Assembly (NCBI GenBank): GCA_965197405.1
Contig: OZ240206.1
Location: 1,608,085-1,672,084 of the forward strand
Length of the DNA: 64,000 bases
Direction: 5' to 3'
Source of the DNA: Dehalococcoidia bacterium
Lineage (GTDB): Bacteria > Chloroflexota > Dehalococcoidia > Lucifugimonadales > JAGWBF01
The notes beneath the pieces are model-generated. The model ran no database searches and was not told the DNA's origin. It saw nothing but the letters and a program-made list of their open reading frames with translations. This document shows, one piece after another, positions 27,327 through 36,500 of the stretch. How positions within the stretch are numbered: position 1 is the stretch's first letter; every line of letters begins with the position of its first letter. The translations under genes were made by a program, and so were the position numbers.

Positions 27327-27423
27327 CCCTTCTCCCCCGGCGGGAGAAGGTTAGAATGAGGGGAAGTCGTTCCAACACCTTCACCCTCACCTCAATCCTC
27401 TCCCGTCGAGGGCGAGGAGGCCC
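27327..27423. repeat. Repeat family C copy
   Basis: CCCTTCTCCCCCGGCGGGAGAAGGTTAGAATGAGGGGA ... CACCCTCACCTCAATCCTCTCCCGTCGAGGGCGAGGAGG. Confidence 0.65.
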
Positions 27424-27462
27424 TATGGCAACGCCTTGGGAAACACGCTGTAAGGGGGAGGT

Positions 27463-28995
27463 ATGAAGTACGACGTGATTGTGGTCGGCGCCGGGGCTGC
27501 GGGCTGCGCCCTGGCCGCCCGGGTGTCCGAGGACCCCAAGCGCTCGGTCCTGCTCCTGGAGGCGGGGCAGGACTATCCCGACTTCGCGCAGCTTCCCGAC
27601 GCCCTGAAGTACGGCTACGACGACATCGCCGCCGCCATGGACTCCCCGTACAACTGGGCTTTCTCCGGCACGGGCACTCCCCAGCAGGCCAGGCCGTTGC
27701 TGGTATCGAGGGGCAAGGTAATCGGCGGCGGCAGCTCCATCAACGGGGCCGTTTTCCTGCGGGGCATCCCCGAAGACTACGATAGCTGGGCCTCCGCAGG
27801 CAACACCGAATGGGGCTATCTCCAGGTCCTGCCCTACTTCCGCAAGCTGGAGACGGACGCGGATATACGGGACGACTTTCACGGCTCCGAAGGACCTATC
27901 CCGGTCCGCCGGCACGAGCGCAGGGACTGGCTGCCCTTCCAGGAGGCGTTCTACAGGGCCTGCGTGTCCGAAGGGTTTCCCCAGGGCATGGACACGAACA
28001 ACCCGGAGTCCACCGGGGTATCCCCGCTCACGATGAACGAGCCTGACGGCGTCCGCATGAGCACCGCCGTCGCCTATATCAATCCCAACCGCCACAGGCT
28101 CAACCTGACCATCAGGCCCAATGTCCTGGCAACACGCATCCTGTTCGACGGCAAGAGGGCCACGGCGGTCGAGGTGGAAAGCGGCGGCGAAAGGTTCACG
28201 GTGGAGGGGAACGAGATTGTGCTGAGCGCCGGCGCGCTCGCCACGTCCCAACTGCTGATGCTATCCGGAGTCGGACCGGCGGACCATCTGGGCAGCCTGG
28301 GGATACCGATGGTCCAGGACCTGCCCGGTGTCGGGCAGAACCTGAGAGACCATCCCATAGTAACCCTCTGGTTTCGGGCAAAAAAGGGGTATCGCTCCGA
28401 CGCGGATGCGCCAAGAATACAGGTTGGCCTGCGCTACACCGCCCAGGGTTCGGGTACGCGCAACGACATGCAGGTCATGCCCATGTCCTTCCCCATTCCC
28501 TTCGAGGACGACCCCGACAAGACCTTGGGCCTCCGCGTCATGTGCATCCTGAACCTGGCGGTCGGCTCCGGCGAGCTGCGACTCGCTTCCACCGACCCCC
28601 ACGTACAGCCCCACCTGGACTACCGGTATTTCGCCGACCCCTGGGACCGGCAGCGTATGCGCGAAGCCGTCCGTTTGTGCGCGCGGCTGGCGGAGCACGA
28701 GGCCTTCGGCGACATGGTCAACGGGCGAATGACACCCACGGACGAGGAGATGGCCTCCGACGAAGCGCTGGATGCCTGGCTGCTGCGAAATATAGACACC
28801 GCCCAGCATATGTCCGGCGTGTGCAAGATGGGGCCGGCGTCAGACCCCATGGCCGTGGTAGACCAGCACTGCCGGGTACACGGGTTGGAGGGGCTTCGAG
28901 TGGCCGACACGTCCGTGATGCCCGACGTCCCGAGGGCTAACACCAACGCCTCAGCCGTCATGATTGGGGAGCGGGTGGCAGACTTTATCCTGTGA
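27463..28995 (+). CDS. GMC-family FAD oxidoreductase (choline-dehydrogenase-like)
   Basis: YDVIVVGAGAAGCALAARVSED, GKVIGGGSSINGA, C-terminal HMSGVCKMG and VADTSVMPDV. Confidence 0.9.
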   Translation: MKYDVIVVGAGAAGCALAARVSEDPKRSVLLLEAGQDYPDFAQLPDALKYGYDDIAAAMDSPYNWAFSGTGTPQQARPLLVSRGKVIGGGSSINGAVFLRGIPEDYDSWASAGNTEWGYLQVLPYFRKLETDADIRDDFHGSEGPIPVRRHERRDWLPFQEAFYRACVSEGFPQGMDTNNPESTGVSPLTMNEPDGVRMSTAVAYINPNRHRLNLTIRPNVLATRILFDGKRATAVEVESGGERFTVEGNEIVLSAGALATSQLLMLSGVGPADHLGSLGIPMVQDLPGVGQNLRDHPIVTLWFRAKKGYRSDADAPRIQVGLRYTAQGSGTRNDMQVMPMSFPIPFEDDPDKTLGLRVMCILNLAVGSGELRLASTDPHVQPHLDYRYFADPWDRQRMREAVRLCARLAEHEAFGDMVNGRMTPTDEEMASDEALDAWLLRNIDTAQHMSGVCKMGPASDPMAVVDQHCRVHGLEGLRVADTSVMPDVPRANTNASAVMIGERVADFIL

Positions 28996-29063
28996 CCCGT
29001 CTCGCATCCGGAAAACCGGGGGGATGACCTACATAGTCAGGGCAATCGCACTAGAAACGACGC

Positions 29064-29180
29064 CTTCGTCACTCCAGCAAAAGCGGGAGTGACGAAGTGC
29101 CAGATAGATTGCCGCTTGCGCGGGAAAGACAAGTGAGTGTTTTCACGGGGATGACCTCCATAGCAGAGGTCATCCCCCGA
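29064..29180. repeat. Repeat family D hairpin module(s)
   Basis: GTCACTCCAGCAAAAGCGGGAGTGACG and TTTTCACGGGGATGACCTCCATAGCAGAGGTCATCCCC. Confidence 0.55.
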
Positions 29181-29213
29181 TTATTATCCGACCCCGGCTG
29201 GACGGGGCTATGC

Positions 29214-30968
29214 CTAGCCCCTGCCGTGGCGCAGGAGCCTGCCCGACATAGCTCCCGTTGCCTCCCCGTCTTCAAAGGTCACCTGACCGTTCACCAGGGT
29301 CCAGCGGTAGCCCTCCGGCTTCTGGACCCGCCGCCAATCGCCGCCGGGCAGGTCGTGGACAATCTCCGTCGGCCCTGCCGCCAGCTTCTCCAGATCGTAC
29401 ACCACGATGTCCGCCGGAGCGCCCTCCCGGAGAAAGCCCCGGTCTTGAAATCCACCAAGAAACGCGGGCAGGTAGCTCAGCTTGAAGTGGGCGTCCTCGA
29501 GGCTCACCAGGCCCTCGTCCCGCACAAGCCAGGTAAGCAGGTCTGTTGGGAAGCTCCCGCCCGTGAGAAACTTGACGTGCGCGCCTCCATCGGATACGCC
29601 GGGAATCACTGTGGGCGACTGTAGGACCTCGACCGTGTAGCTGGGGTCCCCATCCACCAGAGGAGTGGTCATGAACTCAGTCTGAAGGTTATCGCCCACC
29701 ACTATGTCCAGCAGGGCGTCAATTACGTGCTTGCCTTCCTTCTGAGCGATCTGCCCGATGGAATCCCCTATGTAGTGCTCGAAGTCCCGCCGGCCCACCT
29801 CTTCCACAACCAACTCCACTACCGAGGATGGGCTGAAGACGGCGTCCTGTTCCCCGATATTCTCCGGTAGCATACTGGCGTCCCACTCCGCCTTCAGGGC
29901 TGCCCGAAGCTCCGGGTCTTGCATCTTGACCTTGCGCTCCGCAGGTGTCCCCACGGTTATCTGTCTCCAGACCGGACTCTCGTCGTAGAGGTTCCAGTCC
30001 TCAAAGGTAAGCTCGACCCCGCCCCGGCGTGTAGCGCCCTGGCCATATACCCGCAGGCCCTTCTTCGCGCACTCCTCCAGCCAACGCAGCCTCTCCCGGT
30101 GTCGTTCGGGATTCCTGGCATTGGCCGCCACAATCTGGTAGAGGAGGGGGCGATTGGATACCTCAGCCAGCTTTTCACAGAGGTTCATGGCCGACTCCTG
30201 GAGCTGACGGCCCTCGGGCTCGCCGTGGTAGGATAGCTCTATGAAGCCCTCGTCGCGCTCTCCCAAGACACGGGCGAAGGTGAGCAACTCCTCATCCGTC
30301 ATGAGGTCCGTAATCATGGGCGTGCCGTCGTAGTCCCGCTGGATGGAGTTGGGGCCATTGGTCTGGGCAGACCAGCCGCAACCCCCGGCATCCATGCCTT
30401 CACTCACAAGGCGGCACATCTCCTTTAGCTCAGCCTCAGTGGGCCGCCTCAGCTTCGCCTCCTCGTAGCCTCCCATCACCCAGGCGTATATGGGCGACAG
30501 GGGCACGTAGCTAATGACGTTAATCCCCTTGGGAATACGGTCCAGGCTATCGAGAAACTCCGGGAAGGTCACCCAGTCCCACAGCATACCCAGCTTCATC
30601 GGCTCGTAGGGGATGGCCTCATTGCGGGTCAGGGCCAGCATCAGCCGGTCCTGGTCCGCCTCATTCGCCGCGCAGGGGGCGAATCCGAACCCGCAGTTGC
30701 CGATGGCTATGGAGGTCACGCCGTGCCAGGCCGATATGGTGCAGTAGGGGTCCCACTGTATCTGGGCGTCGTAATGGGTGTGGAGGTCAACGAAGCCGGG
30801 GGCGACGATGAGGCCCGACGCATCCAGCACCTGGCCGGCGCTGCTGCCGCGCAGGCCCCCGATCTTGGCGACCTTCCCATCCTTGATGGCTAAATCGCTC
30901 ACGTAGCGGGGTGTGCGAGTCCCGTCAACGATAGTGCCGCCCTTGATAATAATGTCGTACTCTGCCAT
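29214..30968 (-). CDS. Amidohydrolase, N-acyl-D-amino-acid deacylase (D-aminoacylase) family
   Basis: ORF trimmed to ATG 30968 (MAEYDIIIKGGTIVDG); APGFVDLHTHYD metal motif; about 584 aa. Confidence 0.8.
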   Translation of the reverse strand: MAEYDIIIKGGTIVDGTRTPRYVSDLAIKDGKVAKIGGLRGSSAGQVLDASGLIVAPGFVDLHTHYDAQIQWDPYCTISAWHGVTSIAIGNCGFGFAPCAANEADQDRLMLALTRNEAIPYEPMKLGMLWDWVTFPEFLDSLDRIPKGINVISYVPLSPIYAWVMGGYEEAKLRRPTEAELKEMCRLVSEGMDAGGCGWSAQTNGPNSIQRDYDGTPMITDLMTDEELLTFARVLGERDEGFIELSYHGEPEGRQLQESAMNLCEKLAEVSNRPLLYQIVAANARNPERHRERLRWLEECAKKGLRVYGQGATRRGGVELTFEDWNLYDESPVWRQITVGTPAERKVKMQDPELRAALKAEWDASMLPENIGEQDAVFSPSSVVELVVEEVGRRDFEHYIGDSIGQIAQKEGKHVIDALLDIVVGDNLQTEFMTTPLVDGDPSYTVEVLQSPTVIPGVSDGGAHVKFLTGGSFPTDLLTWLVRDEGLVSLEDAHFKLSYLPAFLGGFQDRGFLREGAPADIVVYDLEKLAAGPTEIVHDLPGGDWRRVQKPEGYRWTLVNGQVTFEDGEATGAMSGRLLRHGRG

Positions 30969-31114
30969 CTCTGTCCCCTTTCTCACTGTTAACAAGCTCA
31001 ATAGGCGTATGCCTCTGTATATATTATACCCTCCATCCTGTCAAGGGCCTGTGAAACCCGGGGACTGTTTCCATTCAGGTGGTTGAGTTTCCTCTGCGTC
31101 GCACTGCCCACCAT

Positions 31115-31142
31115 GTCATTCCTCGCTGCGCTCGGAATGATG
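31115..31142. repeat. MITE family A core hairpin fragment
   Basis: GTCATTCCTCGCTGCGCTCGGAATGAT. Confidence 0.5.
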
Positions 31143-31278
31143 CACTGCCACTGCCAGACCACCCATAACGCAATGCCGCCATCAATACCGGGCAGGATTT
31201 CGTGGAGGAAACTCGGCAGAACTGCCCGGCCGATACCGTACAGGTCGGGCCCGCCGTCGCGGGACGCTCCGGGGAAAG

Positions 31279-32610
31279 CTACTTGAGAGAACGCAATAGC
31301 TTGAGCTCGTCGGACAGCAGCCTGGGAGTGAGGAAATGACCGCGAATGTACTGACGCCCTCTCCGGCCCATCCTTCTGGCCCTCTTCGGGTTCCGGAGCA
31401 GATAGAGGACTCTGTCGGCACACTCATCAATGCTTTCGACGAGGAACCCTCCTTCCCCGTCTTCCAGTTGCATAGGTATGCCCCCTGCTCTACCTGCCAC
31501 GACGGGCGTGCCCTTCCATAGCGCCTCGGCGACCACCAACCCGAAGCCTTCCCTTATGGACTTCTGGATGACCACGTCGGAATAGCGCTGGAAGGCGTTC
31601 ACCTCGATGCTGCTTGCGGCTGTGTAGTTGGTGAAGAGATAAATATCGGGGTCGTCGCGGGTCTCCTTCACGACCTGGTCGTAAATCCGCCACCCCTCGG
31701 GGTCGTCCATAGCCAGGTGGCCCAGCAGGGCTAGCTGTAGTCCGGGCACATGCTCCCTGACTTTCCGGTAGACCTCAACCACTCCCAGGGGGTCTTTCCA
31801 GGGGTCGAAGCGGGACACCTGGGTGAGGAGTGGCCGGTCGGTTGATATGCCCACCCAGCCGATGATTTTCTTGCAGAACTCCCTGGACAGGGAGACGTTC
31901 TTCGGGCTAAGAGGGTCTATCGCCGGAGGCATGATGAAGACCTTCTCTTTGGGCAGGTCAGGCGACACGTACTGCTGCATGGTAAACACGGTGGCATCGT
32001 GGGCTTCGACGTAGGGTCTGAGGAACTCCCACACGTCGGGGTCCGGGTTTGACGTGTCTATATGGCAGCGCCAGACCCACCTGGCGTCGTTGGAGCCGTG
32101 CAGAAGCCTCATCGCCGCGGGCTGTGGGTCGTGGACGACTATGTAATCGAAATCTGCATTGAGGCACCGGACGTTGCGGGAGTTATTTGACAGGTATACC
32201 TCTTTGGCCCCGGCGTCCAGATGATATTCCCCTCCCTGGAGGGCGTTGTGGAAACCCTTGGTCACGTTGAAGAAGGACTCATCCCCCCGGATTGTCACCC
32301 AGTGGGCGTCAACCCCCAGGCTCCTCAGCAGGGGTATGTGGGAGCGAAGAAGCTCGGCAACGCCGCCTCCGTAGGCGGTGGAGTTGACGTGAAGCACCCT
32401 CGCGTCCCTCATGTCCGCGGCCAGAGACCTCAGCTCCTCAATCTTCTCCTCTCCCATTGCGGAGGTATAGGCCGCTATGGACTGCGCCCCCACGCTTATG
32501 TCTTTGAGCAACTCCACTCTTCCATCACCGCCCAATTCGTACTCATGGTCCGTTGGAATGCCATTTTTTCTGCCATTCATAGCCTCGTGGGTGGCGGCAG
32601 GCTGCTCCAT
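31279..32610 (-). CDS. treT: Trehalose glycosyltransferring synthase-like GT4 glycosyltransferase
   Basis: HVNSTAYGGGVAELL, FFNVTKGFHNALQG, VHDPQPAA, WRCHID, QVSRFDPWKD, EGFGLVVAEALWKG closely follow the archaeal TreT sequence as I recall it. Start uncertain (ATG 32610 or TTG 32631). Confidence 0.7.
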   Translation of the reverse strand: MEQPAATHEAMNGRKNGIPTDHEYELGGDGRVELLKDISVGAQSIAAYTSAMGEEKIEELRSLAADMRDARVLHVNSTAYGGGVAELLRSHIPLLRSLGVDAHWVTIRGDESFFNVTKGFHNALQGGEYHLDAGAKEVYLSNNSRNVRCLNADFDYIVVHDPQPAAMRLLHGSNDARWVWRCHIDTSNPDPDVWEFLRPYVEAHDATVFTMQQYVSPDLPKEKVFIMPPAIDPLSPKNVSLSREFCKKIIGWVGISTDRPLLTQVSRFDPWKDPLGVVEVYRKVREHVPGLQLALLGHLAMDDPEGWRIYDQVVKETRDDPDIYLFTNYTAASSIEVNAFQRYSDVVIQKSIREGFGLVVAEALWKGTPVVAGRAGGIPMQLEDGEGGFLVESIDECADRVLYLLRNPKRARRMGRRGRQYIRGHFLTPRLLSDELKLLRSLK

Positions 32611-32775
32611 TTGGGCCAGGTCCTCCAGCAACTCGACCTCCTGTTATCAAGAAATCCGTTCCCTGCGGGCACAGGGTAACATATCATATACGATTAAGAC
32701 CAGCCGAAGGGACGCCTTACAGGATTTGCCGGGTTTTCGCATACCGTGCCAGGTCAAGCCGTCGTGGGGCATCTT

Positions 32776-32832
32776 CAGTGTCATTCAATCGTCACCCCTC
32801 GCTCCGACCGGGGTGGCAATGAAAAAGCCCTG
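32776..32832. repeat. MITE family A, short derivative
   Basis: CAGTGTCATTCAATCGTCACCCCTCGCTCCGACCGGGGTGGCAATGAAAAAGCCCTG. Confidence 0.55.
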
Positions 32833-32843
32833 TAGATAGAGTC

Positions 32844-32871
32844 TTGACTTGGCACAAATAAGGATTAAACT
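32844..32871 (+). promoter_or_regulatory. Sigma-70-type promoter candidate for the SelW-like gene
   Basis: TTGACT (32844-32849), 16-nt spacer, TAAACT (32866-32871). Confidence 0.4.
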
Positions 32872-32965
32872 ATTAACCAGTCCGCCGCGGTGGGATATTT
32901 CTCCGGCCAGATAAAAGCCGGGACGGACGGCGAAAGATGAGTGAAACATAAAAGGAGGCTTTTCT

Positions 32966-33256
32966 ATGTCTTGTGATCGGTGCAAGGCCCACGTGGAGAT
33001 CGTCTACTGCGTTCCTTGACAGCACCACGCAACCGCCACGTGGATGGCGAACGAGTTCTTCAGGGCCTTCGGCGGCGAGGTGGCTATCTCCATTACCCCG
33101 GGCGGCCACAGCCGGATGGAGGTCTATGTGGACGGCGAGAAGATATTTGACCGGCTGGAGGAGGGGAAAATCTACCCGGACCTCTCCCGGGTCCGTCAAA
33201 TGAAGGCCCGGATTCAGGCAAAGCTGGACTCCATACCAGCCCACGCCGACGACTAG
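32966..33256 (+). CDS. SelW/SelT/Rdx-family thioredoxin-fold protein with CxxU motif: candidate selenoprotein
   Basis: ATG 32966 behind AAAGGAGG; MSCDRCKAHVEIVYCVP-TGA(33017-33019)-QHHATATWMANEFF... runs into ORF 33044-33256 in the same frame. EIVYC-V-P-U followed by W(M/L)A.E and GG..EV.VDG..I(F/W)...E.G.(Y/F)P is the Rdx family pattern. Confidence 0.7.
33023..33049 (+). promoter_or_regulatory. Candidate SECIS hairpin(s) downstream of the SelW-like UGA
   Basis: Two alternative folds: CACCACG-[caaccgcca]-CGUGG(A)UG (33023-33046) or CGCCA-[CGUGGA]-UGGCG (33034-33049). Neither is decisive by eye. Confidence 0.3.
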
Positions 33257-33317
33257 CGAACGAAGAGTCGCCCTATCAAGCCCGTCGTTACTATGAAAAT
33301 AGTCTGCGACCTCCATC

Positions 33318-33470
33318 CCGTCATTCCGGCCCCCGTATCCAGTACGGGGCAGGCTTTGAGCCGGAATCCATATCCCCGGCTTCCGGACTCCCGCTCCCCG
33401 TTTTCACGGGGACAAGCTTTGCTGGAGTGAGGGTGGGAAAGTCCAGGCGTCATTCTCGTCCCCTTACCTG
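33318..33470. repeat. Repeat family D modules
   Basis: GTCATTCCGGCCCCCGTATCCAGTACGGGGCAGGCTTTGAGCCGGAATCC and CCGCTCCCCGTTTTCACGGGGACAAGCTTTGC, as at 44667-44770. Confidence 0.55.
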
Positions 33471-33489
33471 GCGTTGTAAAAGCCATAGC

Positions 33490-33599
33490 GGTTCCGAGCG
33501 CAGCGAGGAATCTCAGCTACAGATGAGAGACCCTCCGCTGCGCTCAGGTCTGCCCTTGGCTTGAGCAGGGGGAGACAGTGAAAGGCCTGTATAAGGACG
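33490..33599. repeat. MITE family A, one-ended copy
   Basis: GTTCCGAGCGCAGCGAGGAATCTCAG...GAGACCCTCCGCTGCGCTCAGG...GAGACAGTGAAAGGCCTG terminus abutting the tmk stop. Confidence 0.6.
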
Positions 33600-33600
33600 C

Positions 33601-34218
33601 TCAGCCCATATTTGCAAGAAGAGGCTGCACCCTTGCCCAGATTTGCCCGGCAAGGGCGTTCTTCCTCTGGGTCCCGTCGGCCACAAGCCAGCCCTCCGGC
33701 TCTTCGGATGCCAGGTCTAAATACCCCTCCCTCACCCTCCTGTGGAAGTCCGCCGCCTCGGACTCGAAGGTATCTCGCGAGCGGTCTTTTTTCCGGGCCA
33801 GCCCCTCTTCTACCAGCACGTCCAGGAACACGGTGAGGTCCGGGCTGAGGCCGTTGGTGGCTGTCTCGTTCAGCCGGTGAATCAGGTCCAAGTCCAACCC
33901 GCGCCCGTAGCCCTGGTAGGCCACCGTGGAAGCGGTGAAACGGTCGCAGACCACCACCCGGTCGGCGACAAGGGCCGGGGATATGACCCTCTGCACAAGT
34001 TGTGCTCTGGCCGAGGCGAAAAGCAGGAGCTCCGTCAGGGGTGTGAGGCCGGGACGGGTCTTCAGCCACCGGCGGACCGCTTCTCCGAGGGGGGTCCCGC
34101 CGGGCTCGCGGACCAGAACGGCGCTGTAGCCCTCGCGGGAGAGTCGCCGGTAGAGGACCCGGGCCTGGGTGCTTTTCCCCGCTCCCTCGCCACCCTCAAA
34201 CACTATCAAGGCGCCCAA
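33601..34218 (-). CDS. tmk: dTMP (thymidylate) kinase
   Basis: ORF 33601-34410 trimmed to TTG 34218 (M)GALIVFEGGEGAGKSTQ; the longer ORF reads through a family C repeat. REPGGT and DRF motifs present. Confidence 0.8.
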   Translation of the reverse strand: MGALIVFEGGEGAGKSTQARVLYRRLSREGYSAVLVREPGGTPLGEAVRRWLKTRPGLTPLTELLLFASARAQLVQRVISPALVADRVVVCDRFTASTVAYQGYGRGLDLDLIHRLNETATNGLSPDLTVFLDVLVEEGLARKKDRSRDTFESEAADFHRRVREGYLDLASEEPEGWLVADGTQRKNALAGQIWARVQPLLANMG

Positions 34219-34246
34219 TGATGTAACCCTGAGACCTTTGGAAGTG

Positions 34247-34420
34247 CCTTCTCTCCTGGTGGGAGAAGGTCGGGATGAGGGGGAGGTGATTGTTTTCTCA
34301 GATGTCGTGCCCTTGGCGCAACCCTCATCACCCTCACCCCAACCCTGTCCCGTCGAGGGAGAGGGGGCAGGACTCCCGCTTCCGCGGGAGAACCACTGAC
34401 CACCGGCCACTAGCCACTAA
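34247..34420. repeat. Repeat family C copy with CCACTAGCCACT tail
   Basis: CCTTCTCTCCTGGTGGGAGAAGGTCGGGATGAGGGGGA ... CACCCTCACCCCAACCCTGTCCCGTCGAGGGAGAGGGGG ... CCACTGACCACCGGCCACTAGCCACTAA. Confidence 0.65.
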
Positions 34421-35988
34421 CCCCTCTGAAATGTGACCCGGCGGTTGGGGTCCCTGCCGCTGCTGACGGAGGAGACGTGATACCTCTCCGCCAAGAGGTG
34501 CTGGAGCCTGCGGATGTAAGCTCGCTGCGGGGTCAGATCTATGGACTTTGCCCCATCAAGCACCTGCTGCGCTGCGCCGTGGGCTTCATTGAGCGCCGAG
34601 TCCACCAGGGTCCCGTCGCCCTGCTCCCTGGCCATCACCTTGAGGAACTGCTCCACCTGGGGCAGCGTGTTCTTTCTGAGCACGTAAACGGGCTTCCCCG
34701 TATTCTCCGCCACTTTGACCAGATGGGAGCCTCGCCGGTAATGGGTCTTGGTGGTCAGGACCACGTCCGCGCCCCGAAGCTCGTTCACCACGTCTATCGG
34801 CAGTCCCACGGTGTCCGCGGCGTGCTCCACCCTCTCGCGGCCCACGCCGAAGAGGAAGATGCGGGTGCCGGGGCCTTCGCTTTTATCCGAGGACTGCTCA
34901 GGGCGGGTATCTGTATCTGGGCGCTCCCGGGGAGACTGGGCAAGGGGCTGGACGGCGGGAGACTCATGGGTGGAGCTTACCTCCCTGGCCTTCATCACCT
35001 GCCCAGCCTCTCCGAGCCACCGGGTCTCCGGCGTAATCGGGTAGCCTCTCAGCCACATGTCCACCACGTGGGCCACGTTATCGTGGACGGCTACCCGCTC
35101 CCAGCTTTGAATCTCCACCACCGCGTCGAAGGTGGGGGGCGCCTTCCGCTCCAGTATGCTCTTCTGGGTGCCCCTCCTCCGGGCTTCCTCATCGCCCAGG
35201 GTCACCGGCTGCACTCCGCCAATCAGGTCGGAGAGAGTGGGGTTCATGATGAGGTTGTCCAGGGTGTTGCCGTGGGCCGTGGCGATGAGCTGCACCCCTC
35301 GCTCTGCGATGGTGCGGGCGGCGGCGGCCTCCAGCTCCGTCCCCATCTCGTCTATGATTATCCCCTCGGGCATGTGGTTCTCCACGGCCTCAATCATTAC
35401 GGCGTGCTGGTGGGCCGGGGTGGGGACCTGCATACGGCGCGCGTGGCCGATGGCGGGGTGGGGTATATCGCCGTCGCCCGCTATCTCGTTGGAGGTGTCC
35501 ACGATGATTACCCGCTTCCTGGCGTTATCCGCCAGGACACGGGCCACCTCTCGCAGCATGGTCGTCTTGCCCACGCCGGGCCTGCCCAGAAGAAGGATGC
35601 TCCTGCCCGAGAAGACCAGGTCCTCGATGATGCTGATGGTCCCATACACGGCCCTGCCCACGCGGCAGGTTATGCCCACGATTCCGCCCTTGCGGTTCCT
35701 TATGGCGGATATGCGGTGCAGCGTGCGGGGAATGCCCGCCCGGTTATCGCCTCCGAACTCCCCCATGTGGTCAACCACATGCCGGAGGTCCTCCTCGTCC
35801 ACCTCCCTGGAGTCCAACATTGTATCCCCGGAGGGGAAGCGGGCTTCCGGGGGGCGGCCAAGGTCCAGTATCACCTCCAGCAACTCGTGCAGGTCGTCCC
35901 TTGTCTTGAGGGGGCTGCTCACCCTGGGTGGCAACGCATCGAGAAGGGCGTCCAGATCGTCCTGGATCCACTTGTCTACAGCTACCAA
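34417..35988 (-). CDS. AAA ATPase with C-terminal R3H domain (Ycf45/SpoIIIAA-like)
   Basis: Walker A LLLGRPGVGKTTML, Walker B IIIDEMGT, ATAHGN. C-terminal LTPQRAYIRRLQHLLAERYHVSSVSSGRDPNRRV is R3H-like. TTG start behind GGTGGAGG. Confidence 0.75.
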   Translation of the reverse strand: MVAVDKWIQDDLDALLDALPPRVSSPLKTRDDLHELLEVILDLGRPPEARFPSGDTMLDSREVDEEDLRHVVDHMGEFGGDNRAGIPRTLHRISAIRNRKGGIVGITCRVGRAVYGTISIIEDLVFSGRSILLLGRPGVGKTTMLREVARVLADNARKRVIIVDTSNEIAGDGDIPHPAIGHARRMQVPTPAHQHAVMIEAVENHMPEGIIIDEMGTELEAAAARTIAERGVQLIATAHGNTLDNLIMNPTLSDLIGGVQPVTLGDEEARRRGTQKSILERKAPPTFDAVVEIQSWERVAVHDNVAHVVDMWLRGYPITPETRWLGEAGQVMKAREVSSTHESPAVQPLAQSPRERPDTDTRPEQSSDKSEGPGTRIFLFGVGRERVEHAADTVGLPIDVVNELRGADVVLTTKTHYRRGSHLVKVAENTGKPVYVLRKNTLPQVEQFLKVMAREQGDGTLVDSALNEAHGAAQQVLDGAKSIDLTPQRAYIRRLQHLLAERYHVSSVSSGRDPNRRVTFQRG

Positions 35989-36126
35989 ACTCTTGCCTCC
36001 ACCGGAGTCAGGGAGGGCCCTTGACCCGCGCCGCTGTGGTCTTGATTAGCATAGAGCAGTGGGCCGCTTCCCTGAAACCTCTATGAATGGGCAATTTCTT
36101 CAGGAATTACTGTGAAAATAGCCTTT

Positions 36127-36250
36127 CGTCGTACTCGCGAAAGCGGGTATCCACGTTCCTTGCGTCCCTGGAGCCCCACTTTCGTGGGAGTGACGGCGTG
36201 GGAGATCATGACGGATTCCCGGTATTCCGAGTCCAGCCAGAATCGGAGGC
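36127..36250. repeat. Repeat family D modules
   Basis: GTCGTACTCGCGAAAGCGGGTATCCACG, CCCCACTTTCGTGGGAGTGACG, GATTCCCGGTATTCCGAGTCCAGCCAGAATCGGAGG. Confidence 0.5.
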
Positions 36251-36314
36251 CTTCCCCGGCCAAGCGTGGTGCAGCATAGCAGGAAGCATGGCTTCCTTGA
36301 CAGGGCGTGGCATA

Positions 36315-36479
36315 AGGGCCTTTTCATTGTCACCCCGAGCGATAGCGAGGGGTCTAAAGTTCTTCTCCTCAGTGTCGTTTCGGTTGCGAGGCATTTTAGA
36401 TTCTTCGTCGCTCCGCTCCTCAGAATGACACGCGGTGGGGGTCTGCACTCACCCAACGTCGAGAATGAAAAGGTCCAGG
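36315..36479. repeat. MITE family A copy (full length)
   Basis: AAGGGCCTTTTCATTGTCACCCCGAGCGATAGCGAGGGGTCTAAAG ... TTTTAGATTCTTCGTCGCTCCGCTCCTCAGAATGACA ... GAGAATGAAAAGGTCCAGG. Confidence 0.75.
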
Positions 36480-36500
36480 AGTGACGTAAGGGCCATCGGT

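Noticed and set aside
33601-34410. 5'-extended ORFs taken at face value. Examples: tmk to 34410, pdxS to 38517, rsmA to 49331, the SBP to 53034, the esterase to 61683, ridA from 4003, the hydrolase to 5642 and the HD gene to 17164.
   Set aside because: The extensions run through repeats, the SRP RNA or promoter regions and have no family similarity. Internal starts with good SD sequences give canonical N-termini.
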